This document shows, in pieces, positions 9,888 through 19,941 of a DNA stretch of 64,000 bases. The notes beneath the pieces were generated by a model. The model was not told the origin of the DNA. It saw nothing but the letters and a program-made list of their open reading frames with translations, and searched no databases. Position 1 is the first letter of the stretch, and every line of letters begins with the position of its first letter. This DNA is from Spirochaetia bacterium (GTDB lineage Bacteria > Spirochaetota > Spirochaetia > SZUA-6 > Bin103): the NCBI GenBank assembly GCA_965208575.1, contig CBDBOV010000005.1, positions 352,001-416,000 on the forward strand, written 5' to 3'. The position numbers and the translations under genes are program-made.

Positions 9888-10568
9888 TCAGGCGGTTCGT
9901 CTCTCAAGCCGCGAGACCCAGCAATCGAAGTGGGGACACTCGGCGCGCATGGTCTCCAAGCCAATCGCGCGTGCGGCGAGAGCACCCAACCGCGGCTTCT
10001 CATAGCCAGGGACGAGCGCCTCGATTCGCTTGGACGGGGCGGTAACGGGTGAATCGTCGATCGCTTCAGGGGTTGGAAAAGCAGCCCGGATCTCCTGAAA
10101 GGAGCTCGCCAATTCGGGCCGATCAATCCCTATGGCGAACCGCTCGCAATCGCTGAACAGCAGGGCCTCGAACTCGTGCATCATCACGAACGGAATGAAC
10201 CGACGTTCGTCAAACCTGGATCCCATGGCAAGATGGATGTCAGCGGCGAGCGCGTCTTCGACAGCCTTCGCTCTCTGTGGATACGGGAGATTGGCTGCCG
10301 TAGCGCGCCCCGGCCACGCCTTGGAACCGCTTTGTGGCATACCATAGTAGTCCGCCATGGTGGTGGCGATGATCGTCTTGTCTTCCTTCAAGTGCCGCAC
10401 GATTTCACGACAGACCGCCGGCCAGGCCGTGCCTCTGCCGCGTCTCCGAGCCTTTCCGTACAGGCGGGCCCACACTTGCGAGAAGCCTTGTCCGTAGAGG
10501 TGAGAGGCGAGCAGTTCGTTGACAAATAGCTCTTCTGTTTGACCTTCCACATGAACACCCAGGCGCAT
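9888..10568 (-). CDS. DUF4276 family (TOPRIM-like) protein
   Basis: VHVEGQTEE, ADYYG, MHEFEALLF, PSKRI and CPHF motifs. TGATG overlap with the upstream ATPase. Confidence 0.82.
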   Translation of the reverse strand: MRLGVHVEGQTEELFVNELLASHLYGQGFSQVWARLYGKARRRGRGTAWPAVCREIVRHLKEDKTIIATTMADYYGMPQSGSKAWPGRATAANLPYPQRAKAVEDALAADIHLAMGSRFDERRFIPFVMMHEFEALLFSDCERFAIGIDRPELASSFQEIRAAFPTPEAIDDSPVTAPSKRIEALVPGYEKPRLGALAARAIGLETMRAECPHFDCWVSRLERRTA

Positions 10569-11668
10569 CACTCCGAAAATCTCCGATCCGTGCGCTCCGG
10601 GACAGGCCGCCCGCCGAATTCGTTCTTTTCCCAAAGTTCCCCCAGGCTGTAGTCTTCAAGCCACGATCGGAGCTTGTCATCATCCAGCCGGTTGAGCTTC
10701 GTCGCTCCGTTCACGCGGTCAGCCACTATCACATCTTCCGGATCGAAATGATCCAGCAGCACCGGCGACTGCGTTGCGACGATGATCTGAGACTCCACAG
10801 CCGCGTGCTTGAGCATGGAGGCCAGCAGGGTGATAGCGAAGGGATGCAGACCAAGCTCCGGCTCGTCAAGGAGCACGACCGGCGGGCGGAGCGACGCCGG
10901 CTGGAGCAGAAGCGTGGCAAGGGTAATGAATCGGAGCGAACCATCGGACAGGGACGACGCGTCGAAGTAAGCGTCCGACCCGACGTGCCGCCACTCAAGC
11001 CGGATCTTGTCTTCGTTCAGCTCCAACGGCTCCATGGAGAAGTCTTCGAAGAAAGGGGCGGTCAGTCGGATCGTGTTGCGAATCTGCGTGTAAGCTCCCT
11101 CGTGTTTCTTGCGCAGCAAGTATAGGAATGCCGCAAGGTTGGACCCATCGGGTCGCAACCGGCGGTTGTCGTGTAAGTCGGCTGTTTTTTTTATTGGGGA
11201 GGAGGGGCTGGTGTCGTGAAAGTGGTAGAGATGCCAGTGCTCGATCCGGTAACGAAGAAACTCAAGAAGAGGAGCGACTCCAGGCCGTGGCACAAGATGC
11301 TCCATGAAGTCCGCAGGCAACTCGGTCTCGGCAACCCAAATCCTAGGAAACAATCGATCATCAGACCCATGGCGCATGTCGACACAGAAGTCAGTCAGTT
11401 CGTCCGTGAATTTCACTCTGAACCTCATCGTGGGCGTCGTCTTGGATCCAAAGTGGAGTAGACGGTCGGCACCGCCCGCGCGTAGAACGTGATCCGACAT
11501 CTGATTCATGCTCAAGACAGCAGTGCGCAGGAGCCCGAGCGCGCCGAGGAAGTTCGACTTGCCTGATCCGTTGGCGCCGATCAGGACGTTAAGAGAGCGC
11601 AGTTGTAGCCCCGGCAACTCGGCAATGCTCCTGAAGCCTTCAATCGTGATCGTGCGGATCAAGGACAT
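10568..11668 (-). CDS. AAA/ABC-type ATPase (AAA_21/AAA_15-like)
   Basis: IEGFRSI, Walker A GANGSGKSN, signature LSDGS, Walker B LLDEPELGLHP, ATQS. Confidence 0.9.
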   Translation of the reverse strand: MSLIRTITIEGFRSIAELPGLQLRSLNVLIGANGSGKSNFLGALGLLRTAVLSMNQMSDHVLRAGGADRLLHFGSKTTPTMRFRVKFTDELTDFCVDMRHGSDDRLFPRIWVAETELPADFMEHLVPRPGVAPLLEFLRYRIEHWHLYHFHDTSPSSPIKKTADLHDNRRLRPDGSNLAAFLYLLRKKHEGAYTQIRNTIRLTAPFFEDFSMEPLELNEDKIRLEWRHVGSDAYFDASSLSDGSLRFITLATLLLQPASLRPPVVLLDEPELGLHPFAITLLASMLKHAAVESQIIVATQSPVLLDHFDPEDVIVADRVNGATKLNRLDDDKLRSWLEDYSLGELWEKNEFGGRPVPERTDRRFSE

Positions 11669-11711
11669 GTTCACCAATACCTCAATTGGCTCGGGCAGGA
11701 CGTAGTCTTCA

Positions 11712-12929
11712 CTACCGGAACGCGGCGTAGTCGCGGCCGAGGACGCCGGCGGCGATCTTGAGCTTCAGGACTTCGTCGGTGCCCTCGTAGATGCGGCACA
11801 CGCGCACGTCCTTGAGGTGGCGGCCGGGCCGGTACAGGTCGGACCAGCCGCGCCCGCCGTGCACCTGCAGCGCCCGGTCGGCCGCGTCGAAGGCGGCGTT
11901 GCTGGCCGCGAACTTGGCCCCCGCGATGAGCTGGTCCACGCGGGCGCCGAGGGCGGCGTCGCCGGGGCGGTCGTCGCTGGCCGCCTTCCAGCGCGCGGCG
12001 TCGGCGACAATGCTGGTGCTGGTCTGCCGGGCTACCTCGATCTGCGCGATGTGCTCCTGCACGAGCTGGTGGCGGGCGATCGCCTTGCCGTGCTGGCTGC
12101 GCTCCTTGGCGTACTCCACGGCGGCGTCGAGGCAGTCCTCGATCACGCCCACGCAGCCCGCCGCCACGCTGAGGCGGCCGCTGCGCAGCGTCTGCATCGC
12201 CACCGCGAAGCCGTCGCCCTCCGCGCCGAGCATGTTCTCGACCGGCACCCGGTACTCGGTAACTTCGAACATGCCGGTGTCGCTGGTGGGCATGCCGAGC
12301 TTGGCGGTCAGCGCCTCGCGCTCGATGCCGTCGCCGTCGGTGTCCATGATGAACGCGCTGATGCGCCGCTTGCCGCCGCCGGGATCCTCAGGGTAGGCGA
12401 ACATGATGATGGCGCCGGCGATGGTGGCGTTGGAGATCAGGTACTTGACGCCGTTGAGCACGTAGAAATCGCCCTCGCGCCGGTAGGTGCTTTGCATCTC
12501 CAGCGGATTGGAACCCGCCTCCGGCTCGGTGAGGCCGAACGCCAGGATGCGCTCGCCGGTCGCCGTGCCCGGCAGGTAGCGCCGCTTCTGCTCCTCGGTG
12601 CCCCACTCCACGATCGGGGTCTGGCCGATCGAGCAATGCCCCGAGAACAGGGTGCGCACGCTGGTGCCCTCGCGTCCGATGCGCGCGATCGCCGCCGCGT
12701 AGGTGGCGGTATCGGCGCCGCGACCGCCGTACTGCTTCGGCACCGTCATGGCGAGGATGTCGTGCTTGTGCGCCAGCGACACCACCGCCTCGTTGTAGCG
12801 GTGCTCCAGGTAGCACAGGTCCTCGATCGGCCGCACTTCCCGGCAGTAGGCGTCGACGTCGGCCAGCAGCGCCTCCCGTTCCGCCTCCGGCATCGCGGTG
12901 TAGGTTGGGGTGTCCAGAATCGAATTCAT
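11712..12929 (-). CDS. Acyl-CoA dehydrogenase
   Basis: AFGLTEPEAGS, LNGVKYLISN, R.Q.GK.I and RIYEGT motifs. Confidence 0.93.
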   Translation of the reverse strand: MNSILDTPTYTAMPEAEREALLADVDAYCREVRPIEDLCYLEHRYNEAVVSLAHKHDILAMTVPKQYGGRGADTATYAAAIARIGREGTSVRTLFSGHCSIGQTPIVEWGTEEQKRRYLPGTATGERILAFGLTEPEAGSNPLEMQSTYRREGDFYVLNGVKYLISNATIAGAIIMFAYPEDPGGGKRRISAFIMDTDGDGIEREALTAKLGMPTSDTGMFEVTEYRVPVENMLGAEGDGFAVAMQTLRSGRLSVAAGCVGVIEDCLDAAVEYAKERSQHGKAIARHQLVQEHIAQIEVARQTSTSIVADAARWKAASDDRPGDAALGARVDQLIAGAKFAASNAAFDAADRALQVHGGRGWSDLYRPGRHLKDVRVCRIYEGTDEVLKLKIAAGVLGRDYAAFR

Positions 12930-14155
12930 GCCGTTGCAATTGCCCCCTCTCGTTCCAGCTCGGCCAGGTGCGGCGCCGCCAGGCCTAGCAGTTCCGCCAG
13001 CACCTCGTGCGTGTGCTGCCCAAGCAGCGGCGCACCGCACGGGTCGCCGCGCAGCCCCGGCATCTCCACCACCGGCCCGACGGAAAGATAGCGCCTGTCG
13101 TCCGCCGCCGCCAGTTTCAGCAGGTTGACCCCGGGCGGCGCGGCCGGCGGCGCGCCGAATACCCCCGGCAGGTCGGCCACCGCACCGGCCGGTACCCCGG
13201 CCGCCGTCAGCTCGGCAACCAGCTCCGCCACGGCGCGCCGCGCGATCAGCGGGGTCAGGACGGCGTTCAGGGCGGCCCGGTTCGCCACCCGCGCCGAGTT
13301 GTCGCCGAAGCGCGCATCGCGCAGGAGTTCGGGGCAGCCGAGCACCGTGCACAGCCCGGTGAACAGCTTGTCGTTGCCGGCGCCGATGGTCAGGTAGCCG
13401 TCGCCGGCCGCGTACACCTCGTACGGCACGATCTGCGGATGGGCGTTGCCGAACCGGCGCGGCGGGCGCGCGTTGAGCAGGAACGCCTGCGCCACGTTGA
13501 CCAGCGCGGCCACCGTGGAGCCCATCAGGTTGACCTCCAGGTGCTGTCCCCGGCCGGTGCGCTGCCGGCTGACCACCGCGGCCAGGATGGCGCTGGCGGC
13601 GTGCAGGCCGGCGATCACGTCGGTAAGCGCCACGCCCACCTTCATGGGCGACCCCTCCGGCTCGCCGGTCAGCGACATCAGCCCGCTCAGCCCCTGGATC
13701 ACCAGGTCGTAACCCGGCCCCGGCTTGCGCCCGAACGCCGTGATCGAACAGTGCACGAGGTCGGGCCGGGCCGCGCACAGGGCCGCGTGATCCAGCCCCA
13801 GCCGCTGCGCCACGCCGGGCGCGAAGTTCTCGACCACCACGTCGCTCTTGCCCGCCAAGTCCAGGAACAGGCGCCGGCCGCGCTCGCTGCGCAGGTCGAT
13901 CGCCACGCTGCGCTTGCTGCGGTTCACCGCCAGGAAGTAGGCGCTGAGCCCGTCCGCCGGGTCGCCCAGGTAGGGCGGCCCCCAGGCGCGCGTGTCGTCG
14001 CCGCCGGCCGGGCGCTCCACCTTGACCACGTCGGCGCCCATGTCCGCCAGCACCATGGTGCAGTAGGGGCCGGCCAGCACGCGCGAGGCATCAAGCACCC
14101 GGACCCCCGCCAGCGCCGCACCGCCGCCGCAGCCGTCGTCCTGCTGTCCCGTCAT
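12926..14155 (-). CDS. Family III CoA transferase (CaiB/BaiF)
   Basis: LAGPYCTMVLADMGADVVKVE, NRSKRS, ENFAPG and APLLGQHT motifs. Confidence 0.92.
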   Translation of the reverse strand: MTGQQDDGCGGGAALAGVRVLDASRVLAGPYCTMVLADMGADVVKVERPAGGDDTRAWGPPYLGDPADGLSAYFLAVNRSKRSVAIDLRSERGRRLFLDLAGKSDVVVENFAPGVAQRLGLDHAALCAARPDLVHCSITAFGRKPGPGYDLVIQGLSGLMSLTGEPEGSPMKVGVALTDVIAGLHAASAILAAVVSRQRTGRGQHLEVNLMGSTVAALVNVAQAFLLNARPPRRFGNAHPQIVPYEVYAAGDGYLTIGAGNDKLFTGLCTVLGCPELLRDARFGDNSARVANRAALNAVLTPLIARRAVAELVAELTAAGVPAGAVADLPGVFGAPPAAPPGVNLLKLAAADDRRYLSVGPVVEMPGLRGDPCGAPLLGQHTHEVLAELLGLAAPHLAELEREGAIATA

Positions 14156-14248
14156 GGCGGTACTATGCCCGACTCAGCGCCGCTCGCCGGCTGCGTCCCG
14201 CGGCGCAAGAAAGTTGAGCCGCGGCCCCACGGTGGTTCTGGAGTGACA

Positions 14249-14407
14249 GCAGCCCGTGACGAACCCCGGGCTGCATCGAATTGGGCGATGCAGCCCGGCG
14301 GCTGCGTTGCTGCTCGCCCAAATGTGCCGGCCAAGCTCGTCCGTCGTGCCCTGCCAGCCGGGCGCCTCGCCGCCCTCGGTGCGTCGCCGTGCGCCGCCAC
14401 GGGCTGC
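14249..14407. mobile_element. MITE-like element, long copy
   Basis: Terminal inverted repeats gcagcccgtgacg / cgccacgggctgc (12/13). Internal perfect 13-bp hairpin at 14266-14298. Related copy at 19795. Confidence 0.65.
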
Positions 14408-14492
14408 CGGCGTGCGCCGGAGTGGCCGCTTACGGCTTCGCTTGCGGCCCAACCGGCATACGTCTTTGAGCCCCCGGCAATCCCGCGGGCCG

Positions 14493-16271
14493 TCAGGAAG
14501 ACCGGTGCGGTCGGCGCACCAGGCGGCCCGGAAGCGCGCCGGTCAGCTCGTCGTTCTCCAGCACCACCTCGCCGTTGCAGACGGTGAGGTCGTAGCCCAC
14601 GGTGCGCTGCATGAACCGCTTGGCCTTCTCCGGCAGGTCGTAGACGATGTGCGGCGGCGGCCATGACAGGCGCTCGAAGTCGATCACGTTGACGTCGGCG
14701 CGCATGCCGGGCTGCAGCAGGCCGCGGTCGAGCAGCCCATACACCTCCGCCGGGCCGCGCGTCTGCTTGTTTACGATCGTCTCCAGCGGCACCTTGCCGC
14801 CGCGGGTGCGGTCGCGGCCCCAGAACGCCAAGTTCCAGCTCGGCATGTGGGCGTCGCAGATGGCGCCGACGTGGGCGCCGGCATCGCTGAGCCCGTTGCG
14901 GGTAATCGGATGGCGCATCATGTCGGCCATGTACTCCAGGTTGCCCTGTGAGTAGCCCTCCAGGTAGTGGATCAGCATGGTCTGGCCGCGGTCGGCGGTG
15001 AGCAGGTCGTAGAACGCCTGGGCGTCCGAGATGCCGTGCTTCCTGGCGTAGGCGGCGACGCTCGCCGACTCGTCCGGCTCGTAGTTGGGCGGATCGCCGA
15101 GCACGTACACCTTCTCGGCGCTGCCGGTGATCCGCTCCAGCAGCCAGGGCAGCCGGCTGCCCGGCGTGGTGTCGTCCACGAACGTGTTGTCGTCGGGGCC
15201 CACCTTGCCATATTTGTTGCCGGGCTTCAGGCGCACGTCGTTGGTCAGATCCCAGTCGCTGGCCAGGATCTTCGCGCGCACCTCGGGGTCGCGCATCTTG
15301 CGAATCCGCTCCGCCATCGGCAACGAGCCCACCAGGTCACGGTAGGCGTAGTTGATCATGTACGGATGCAGCGACGCCTCCAGGTTCATGATGATCATGG
15401 TGCCGCGCCCGCGCACCTGCGGATACACCCGCCAGCCGTTGGCGTACGCCTTCTCCTCCAGCGGATCCAGCGTCTCCCGTCCACCTTCGCCCATCAGGTA
15501 GGTCACGCTGATGCCGTCCATCTGCGCCAGCGAGTACAGCCACTCGCGCTCGAACGGCCCGACAAACTGCAGCACGCCGCCGCCGGCCTCCTCCGCGCCC
15601 TTGGCGATCGCCTCAATCTCCGGGTAGCGGGCCAGGGTGCCGGGAATCAGCTCGCCCGCCTTGGTGCGGTGCGCCAGCAGCCGGTTGCTCGATACGCCGA
15701 ACGCGCCCGCTTCGATGCCCTGGCGCACGATGCGGGTCATCTCGGCCAGCTCGGCGTCGGTCGGCTGGATGTCCTCGGCGCCGCGCTCGCCCATCACGTA
15801 GCAGCGCAGCGCGCAGTGTGGGAGCTGGGTCAGGACGTCCATCACGCGCGGCTTGTGGTCGATGGCGTCCAGGTATTGCGGGAACGTCTCCCAGGCCCAT
15901 TCCATGCCGGCCGACATGGCGATCGCCGGAATGTCCTCGACCGCGTCCATCAGGTCCATCAACCAGTCGCGGTCCTTGACGTGCACCGGTGCGAAACCGA
16001 CCCCGCAGTTGCCCATCACGATGGTGGTCACGCCGTTCCAGCACGACGGGGTGAGGTAGGGGTCCCACGACACCTGCGCGTCGAAGTGGGTGTGCATGTC
16101 GATCCAGCCCGGCGTCACCAGCTTGCCGGCGGCGTCGATCTCGCGCCGCGCCGGTCCCACGTCCGTGCCGACGGCCGCGATGTTGCCGCCGTCGATACCG
16201 ACGTCGCCCTGAAACTCCGGTCCGCCGCTGCCGTCGATGACGCGGCCATTGCGAATCGCTATGTCGTGCAT
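14493..16271 (-). CDS. N-acyl-D-amino-acid deacylase (amidohydrolase family)
   Basis: PGWIDMHTHFD, MGNCGVGFAP, SDAGAH and DRGLLQPGMRAD motifs. Confidence 0.88.
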   Translation of the reverse strand: MHDIAIRNGRVIDGSGGPEFQGDVGIDGGNIAAVGTDVGPARREIDAAGKLVTPGWIDMHTHFDAQVSWDPYLTPSCWNGVTTIVMGNCGVGFAPVHVKDRDWLMDLMDAVEDIPAIAMSAGMEWAWETFPQYLDAIDHKPRVMDVLTQLPHCALRCYVMGERGAEDIQPTDAELAEMTRIVRQGIEAGAFGVSSNRLLAHRTKAGELIPGTLARYPEIEAIAKGAEEAGGGVLQFVGPFEREWLYSLAQMDGISVTYLMGEGGRETLDPLEEKAYANGWRVYPQVRGRGTMIIMNLEASLHPYMINYAYRDLVGSLPMAERIRKMRDPEVRAKILASDWDLTNDVRLKPGNKYGKVGPDDNTFVDDTTPGSRLPWLLERITGSAEKVYVLGDPPNYEPDESASVAAYARKHGISDAQAFYDLLTADRGQTMLIHYLEGYSQGNLEYMADMMRHPITRNGLSDAGAHVGAICDAHMPSWNLAFWGRDRTRGGKVPLETIVNKQTRGPAEVYGLLDRGLLQPGMRADVNVIDFERLSWPPPHIVYDLPEKAKRFMQRTVGYDLTVCNGEVVLENDELTGALPGRLVRRPHRSS

Positions 16272-16368
16272 GATTGCTCCCTCGCGCGCGCCGAGTTAAG
16301 TGCCTTGAGGCCAGTGCCGGCGCCGCGCAGCCAAGTTGGGGCGACGTTAGCCAAGTGAGCCGCGCGCG

Positions 16369-17694
16369 TCAAGGATCGTCGGCGAACCGCAGCGCGTCGG
16401 GCAGCGCGTACAAGGGTATGTTGAGCACCCGAGCGTCGTGCTTCAGGTTCAACAGGGTGCTGCGCACCAGCAGCGGCGGGGCGAACTGGGAGTCGAACGA
16501 CCGCAGGCTCTTGCTGCGCGGGTTGACGCCGGACTTCACCTCCAGCGGCACAACCTCGCCGCTTCGCTCCAGCAGGAAGTCGACTTCCGCCTTGCCCCCG
16601 GAACTGCGCCAATAGTGCAAGTCGCCGGCCGCCGCCGCGGCCAGTTGCTGCGCAACGTAGTTCTCGACCAGCGCTCCCCGGTACTCGGCGAACAGGCGGT
16701 CGCCGTGCACCAGCAGCTCGGGCGCGGCCCCGGCGAGCGCGCCGAGCAGGCCGACGTCCAGCGCGTACACCTTGAACGATCTCCGGTCCGCGTAGCCGCG
16801 CAACGGCAGCCGGGCCGTCTCGACGCCGAACGCCCGCAGGATCAGCCCGGCGCCCTCCAGCCACACGACGGCATCTTCGTAATCGCGCGCCCGCGCGCTC
16901 GGACGGATAGCCGAAAACATGAACTTCTTGTTCTCGCGCGCCAGGTGTCCCGGCAGCGAATCCCAGACCGCGATGATGCGCGCCACCTCGCGCGCGGGGG
17001 CATGCTTGGCGAAGTCGAGCACGTAGGCATCGAGGATCGCCTGCTGCACGGTTCGCACCTCCGCAGGGTTCTGGTTGTCCCGGTTGGCGGCGTAGCGGGC
17101 GACCGCCTCGGGCATGCCGCCGACGAAATAGTAGGCGCGCAACAGGTCGACCAGGACGGTGTGGAACGCTTCGGGGAACGGCTCGGGCAGCGCGTGTTCC
17201 TCGATCAGTTTCCGGTAGCGCCCCGCGCCGACCGCATCGAGGAACTCGAGGAAGGTCATCGGATGCAGGTCCACGAAGTCCACCTTGCCCACCGGGAACG
17301 AACGCGGTGTCGAGAGGGCGACACCGAGCAGCGAGCCGGCGGCGGCGACATGGTACTGGGGCGCGTCCTCGGCGAAGTACTTCAGCGAGTTCAGCGCCGC
17401 GTTGCACGCCTGGATTTCGTCGAGGATGAGCAGCGAGCCGCCGGGCACAATCCGTTCTCCCGCGAACACCGAAAGGTCGCGGACGATGCGCATGGGATCG
17501 AGGTCGCGCTCGAACAGGCTGGCGAGAGCGGGCGTCTGCTCGAAGTTGAAGTAGTGACTGGCCGCGTACCGCTCCCGGCCGAAGGCGCGCAGCAGATAGG
17601 TCTTGCCGGTCTGGCGCGCACCGCGCATCAGCAGCGGCTTGCGCCCCGGCGCGTCGCTCCAGGTCAGCAACTCCTCGTACGCATCACGCTTCAT
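16369..17694 (-). CDS. ATP-binding protein, AAA_14 plus DUF4143 (C-terminal PD-(D/E)XK-like)
   Basis: GARQTGKT, LDEIQ, GGMPE, EVDFL and PLEVKSG motifs. Confidence 0.88.
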   Translation of the reverse strand: MKRDAYEELLTWSDAPGRKPLLMRGARQTGKTYLLRAFGRERYAASHYFNFEQTPALASLFERDLDPMRIVRDLSVFAGERIVPGGSLLILDEIQACNAALNSLKYFAEDAPQYHVAAAGSLLGVALSTPRSFPVGKVDFVDLHPMTFLEFLDAVGAGRYRKLIEEHALPEPFPEAFHTVLVDLLRAYYFVGGMPEAVARYAANRDNQNPAEVRTVQQAILDAYVLDFAKHAPAREVARIIAVWDSLPGHLARENKKFMFSAIRPSARARDYEDAVVWLEGAGLILRAFGVETARLPLRGYADRRSFKVYALDVGLLGALAGAAPELLVHGDRLFAEYRGALVENYVAQQLAAAAAGDLHYWRSSGGKAEVDFLLERSGEVVPLEVKSGVNPRSKSLRSFDSQFAPPLLVRSTLLNLKHDARVLNIPLYALPDALRFADDP

Positions 17695-17866
17695 GGACGC
17701 CCACAATAGAACGAAAACGGCGATTATGTCACATAATACAGACGTATTTCTGGCAATTGAGGCCGTTATACGTCCTAATAACGTGTAAACACATAGTAAC
17801 GCCGACCGTCCGTTCCGGTAAAGCCGCCGGAACAATCAACAGCAATCAAATCGAGAGCTGATGCCG

Positions 17867-18811
17867 CTACTTCCGGGCGGCGCCGTAGCGGCCGAGGCGG
17901 CCGCGCAGCCGCGGGTCCAGCAGATCGCGCACCGCGTCGCCGAACATGTTGAGGCTGTACACGACCACGGTCAGGCACAGTCCCGGCCACAGCGCCAGGT
18001 GCGGCGCCATCTCCATGTACTGCCGCCCCTCGCGGCTCAGCATGCCGCCCCAGCTCGGAATGTCCGGCGGCAGTCCGAAGCCCAGGAAGCTCAGCGCCGC
18101 CTCCGACATGATCACCCCGCCCACGTTGATGCTGAAGATGATGATGATGGGCGCGGCGATGTTGGGCAGCACGTGGCGCAGCAGCGAGCGCCGGCGCGAG
18201 CTGCCGATCGCCTGCGCCGCCTGGAAGTAGACGTTCTCCTTCACCCCCAGCACCGCTCCGCGCACCACCCGCGAGGCCGGGATGCCGCCCGACACCCCCA
18301 GCACGATGATGATCTGCGGCATGCCGCGGCCGGCAATCGACATGATGGTGAGCAGCAACAGCAGCCCCGGGAACGCCATCCAGGCGTCGACGAAGCGCTG
18401 CGTCACCAGGTCCAGCCGCCCGCCGATGAAGCCGGTGGTGCCGCCGATCAGCACCGCCACCACGACGTTGAGGGCCGTGGCGGCCAGCCCCACCGTCAAC
18501 GACAGCCGCGCCCCGTGGATGAGGCGGCTCAGCAGGTCACGCCCCACGTGGTCGGTGCCCAGCAGGTACTGGGCCGAGGGGGCCTGCAGACGGTCGCGCA
18601 GGTGGATCTCCTCGTAGCGATAGGGCGCCAGCCCATCGGCGAAGATGCTGACCAGCACCAGGAGCAGGATGACGATGCCGCCGGCGGTGCCCAACGGCTG
18701 CTCACGGACCAGCCGGCCGAAAAACCGCCGCGCTCCAGCCTGCCCAGCCGCAGCCGCGCCGCCCGCGGCCGGCTCGGCGCCGGCCGGCGTCAGCTGTGAT
18801 ACATCACCCAC
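17867..18811 (-). CDS. Peptide ABC permease (DppC-like), unit A
   Basis: Paralog of 8784-9716 with the same motifs. Confidence 0.93.
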   Translation of the reverse strand: MGDVSQLTPAGAEPAAGGAAAAGQAGARRFFGRLVREQPLGTAGGIVILLLVLVSIFADGLAPYRYEEIHLRDRLQAPSAQYLLGTDHVGRDLLSRLIHGARLSLTVGLAATALNVVVAVLIGGTTGFIGGRLDLVTQRFVDAWMAFPGLLLLLTIMSIAGRGMPQIIIVLGVSGGIPASRVVRGAVLGVKENVYFQAAQAIGSSRRRSLLRHVLPNIAAPIIIIFSINVGGVIMSEAALSFLGFGLPPDIPSWGGMLSREGRQYMEMAPHLALWPGLCLTVVVYSLNMFGDAVRDLLDPRLRGRLGRYGAARK

Positions 18812-18820
18812 GCGCGTGCC

Positions 18821-19777
18821 TCATTCGTAGCGAATCCGCGGGTCCAGCGACGCGTACAGCAGGTCGGTCAGCAGGTTGACAAGCACCACCACCGTGGCGA
18901 AGAACAGATTCACCGCCGACACTACCGGGTAGTCGCGGTCGTTGAGGGCGTCCAGCATCAGCCTCCCCAGCCCCGGCAGGTTGAAGATGTTCTCGATGAT
19001 CACCGAGCCGCCCACCAGGATCGGCAACTGCATGCCCACCAGCGTCACCACCGGGATGATCGCGTTCTTGACGGCGTGGCGCAGGATCACCGACCGCTCC
19101 AGCAGACCCTTGGCCCAGGCGGTCCTGACGTAGTCCTGCCGCAGCACCTCCAGCATCATGGTGCGCGTCATGCGCATGGTGCTGGCCGCCAGGTAGGTGC
19201 CGAGGATCAGGCTCGGGATCAGGAACATGCCGAGGTTGCCCAATGGGTCTTCGGAGAACGGAATCAATTCCATCGGCGGCGACCACGTCCACCAGATGGC
19301 CGGGTAGATCATCACCATCGTGCCCAGCCAGAAGTTGGGCGTCGCCAGCCCCATGATGGCGGCCGACCGCCCCAGGTAGTCGGCGGCGGTGTACTGGCGC
19401 ACCGCCGAGTAGATGCCCACCGGCAGGGCGATGACCAGGCCGATGAGGATGGCCATAACACCGAGTTCGAACGTGACCGGCAGTCGTCCCAGCATGCGCT
19501 CCTCGATGCGCCAACCGCCCAGAAGCGACTCGCCGAGCGTGCCGCGCAGGACGATGCCGCCGATCCAGCGGCCGTACTGCACGTGGATCGGGAGGTTCAG
19601 GCCGAGCCGCTGTTCGATGGTCGCGCGGTCGACCTGGCCGCCGACGAATGCCGTGCGACCGGCCATGATGTCGATGACGTCGCCGGGGATGAAGCGGACG
19701 GACAGGAACACCAGCACGCTCAGGATGAACAGGGTGGGGACGACCAGTAGCAGCCGGCGAATGATGTACGCTCTCAT
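18821..19777 (-). CDS. Peptide ABC permease (DppB-like), unit A
   Basis: Paralog of 7811-8767. Confidence 0.93.
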   Translation of the reverse strand: MRAYIIRRLLLVVPTLFILSVLVFLSVRFIPGDVIDIMAGRTAFVGGQVDRATIEQRLGLNLPIHVQYGRWIGGIVLRGTLGESLLGGWRIEERMLGRLPVTFELGVMAILIGLVIALPVGIYSAVRQYTAADYLGRSAAIMGLATPNFWLGTMVMIYPAIWWTWSPPMELIPFSEDPLGNLGMFLIPSLILGTYLAASTMRMTRTMMLEVLRQDYVRTAWAKGLLERSVILRHAVKNAIIPVVTLVGMQLPILVGGSVIIENIFNLPGLGRLMLDALNDRDYPVVSAVNLFFATVVVLVNLLTDLLYASLDPRIRYE

Positions 19778-19794
19778 ATCTTCGTGGCACTAAT

Positions 19795-19865
19795 CAGCCC
19801 GTGGCGAACTCCAGGCTGCATTCGAGCGCCGCGCTCGGTGCGACGCCGGGTTCCACCACGGGCTG
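19795..19865. mobile_element. MITE-like element, short copy
   Basis: cagcccgtggcgaac ... gttccaccacgggctg. Absent from the paralogous spacer of unit B (24832-24853). Confidence 0.7.
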
Positions 19866-19869
19866 CTCT

Positions 19870-19899
19870 GGCGCCGGGAAGCTCGGGCCTCCCGGCGCC
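19870..19899 (-). other. Conserved intercistronic hairpin between SBP and permease
   Basis: ggcgccggga-N10-tcccggcgcc, also present at about 24853-24882. Confidence 0.65.
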
Positions 19900-19941
19900 C
19901 TGCTGTGCAAGCAGAACGAGCGCGCCCCAGGGGCGATCGAT

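Noticed and set aside
11712-13778. 688-aa ORF as a fusion protein (likewise 33290-35044, 46194-48092, 48319-52521)
   Set aside because: The upstream parts are alternate frames of neighbouring genes.
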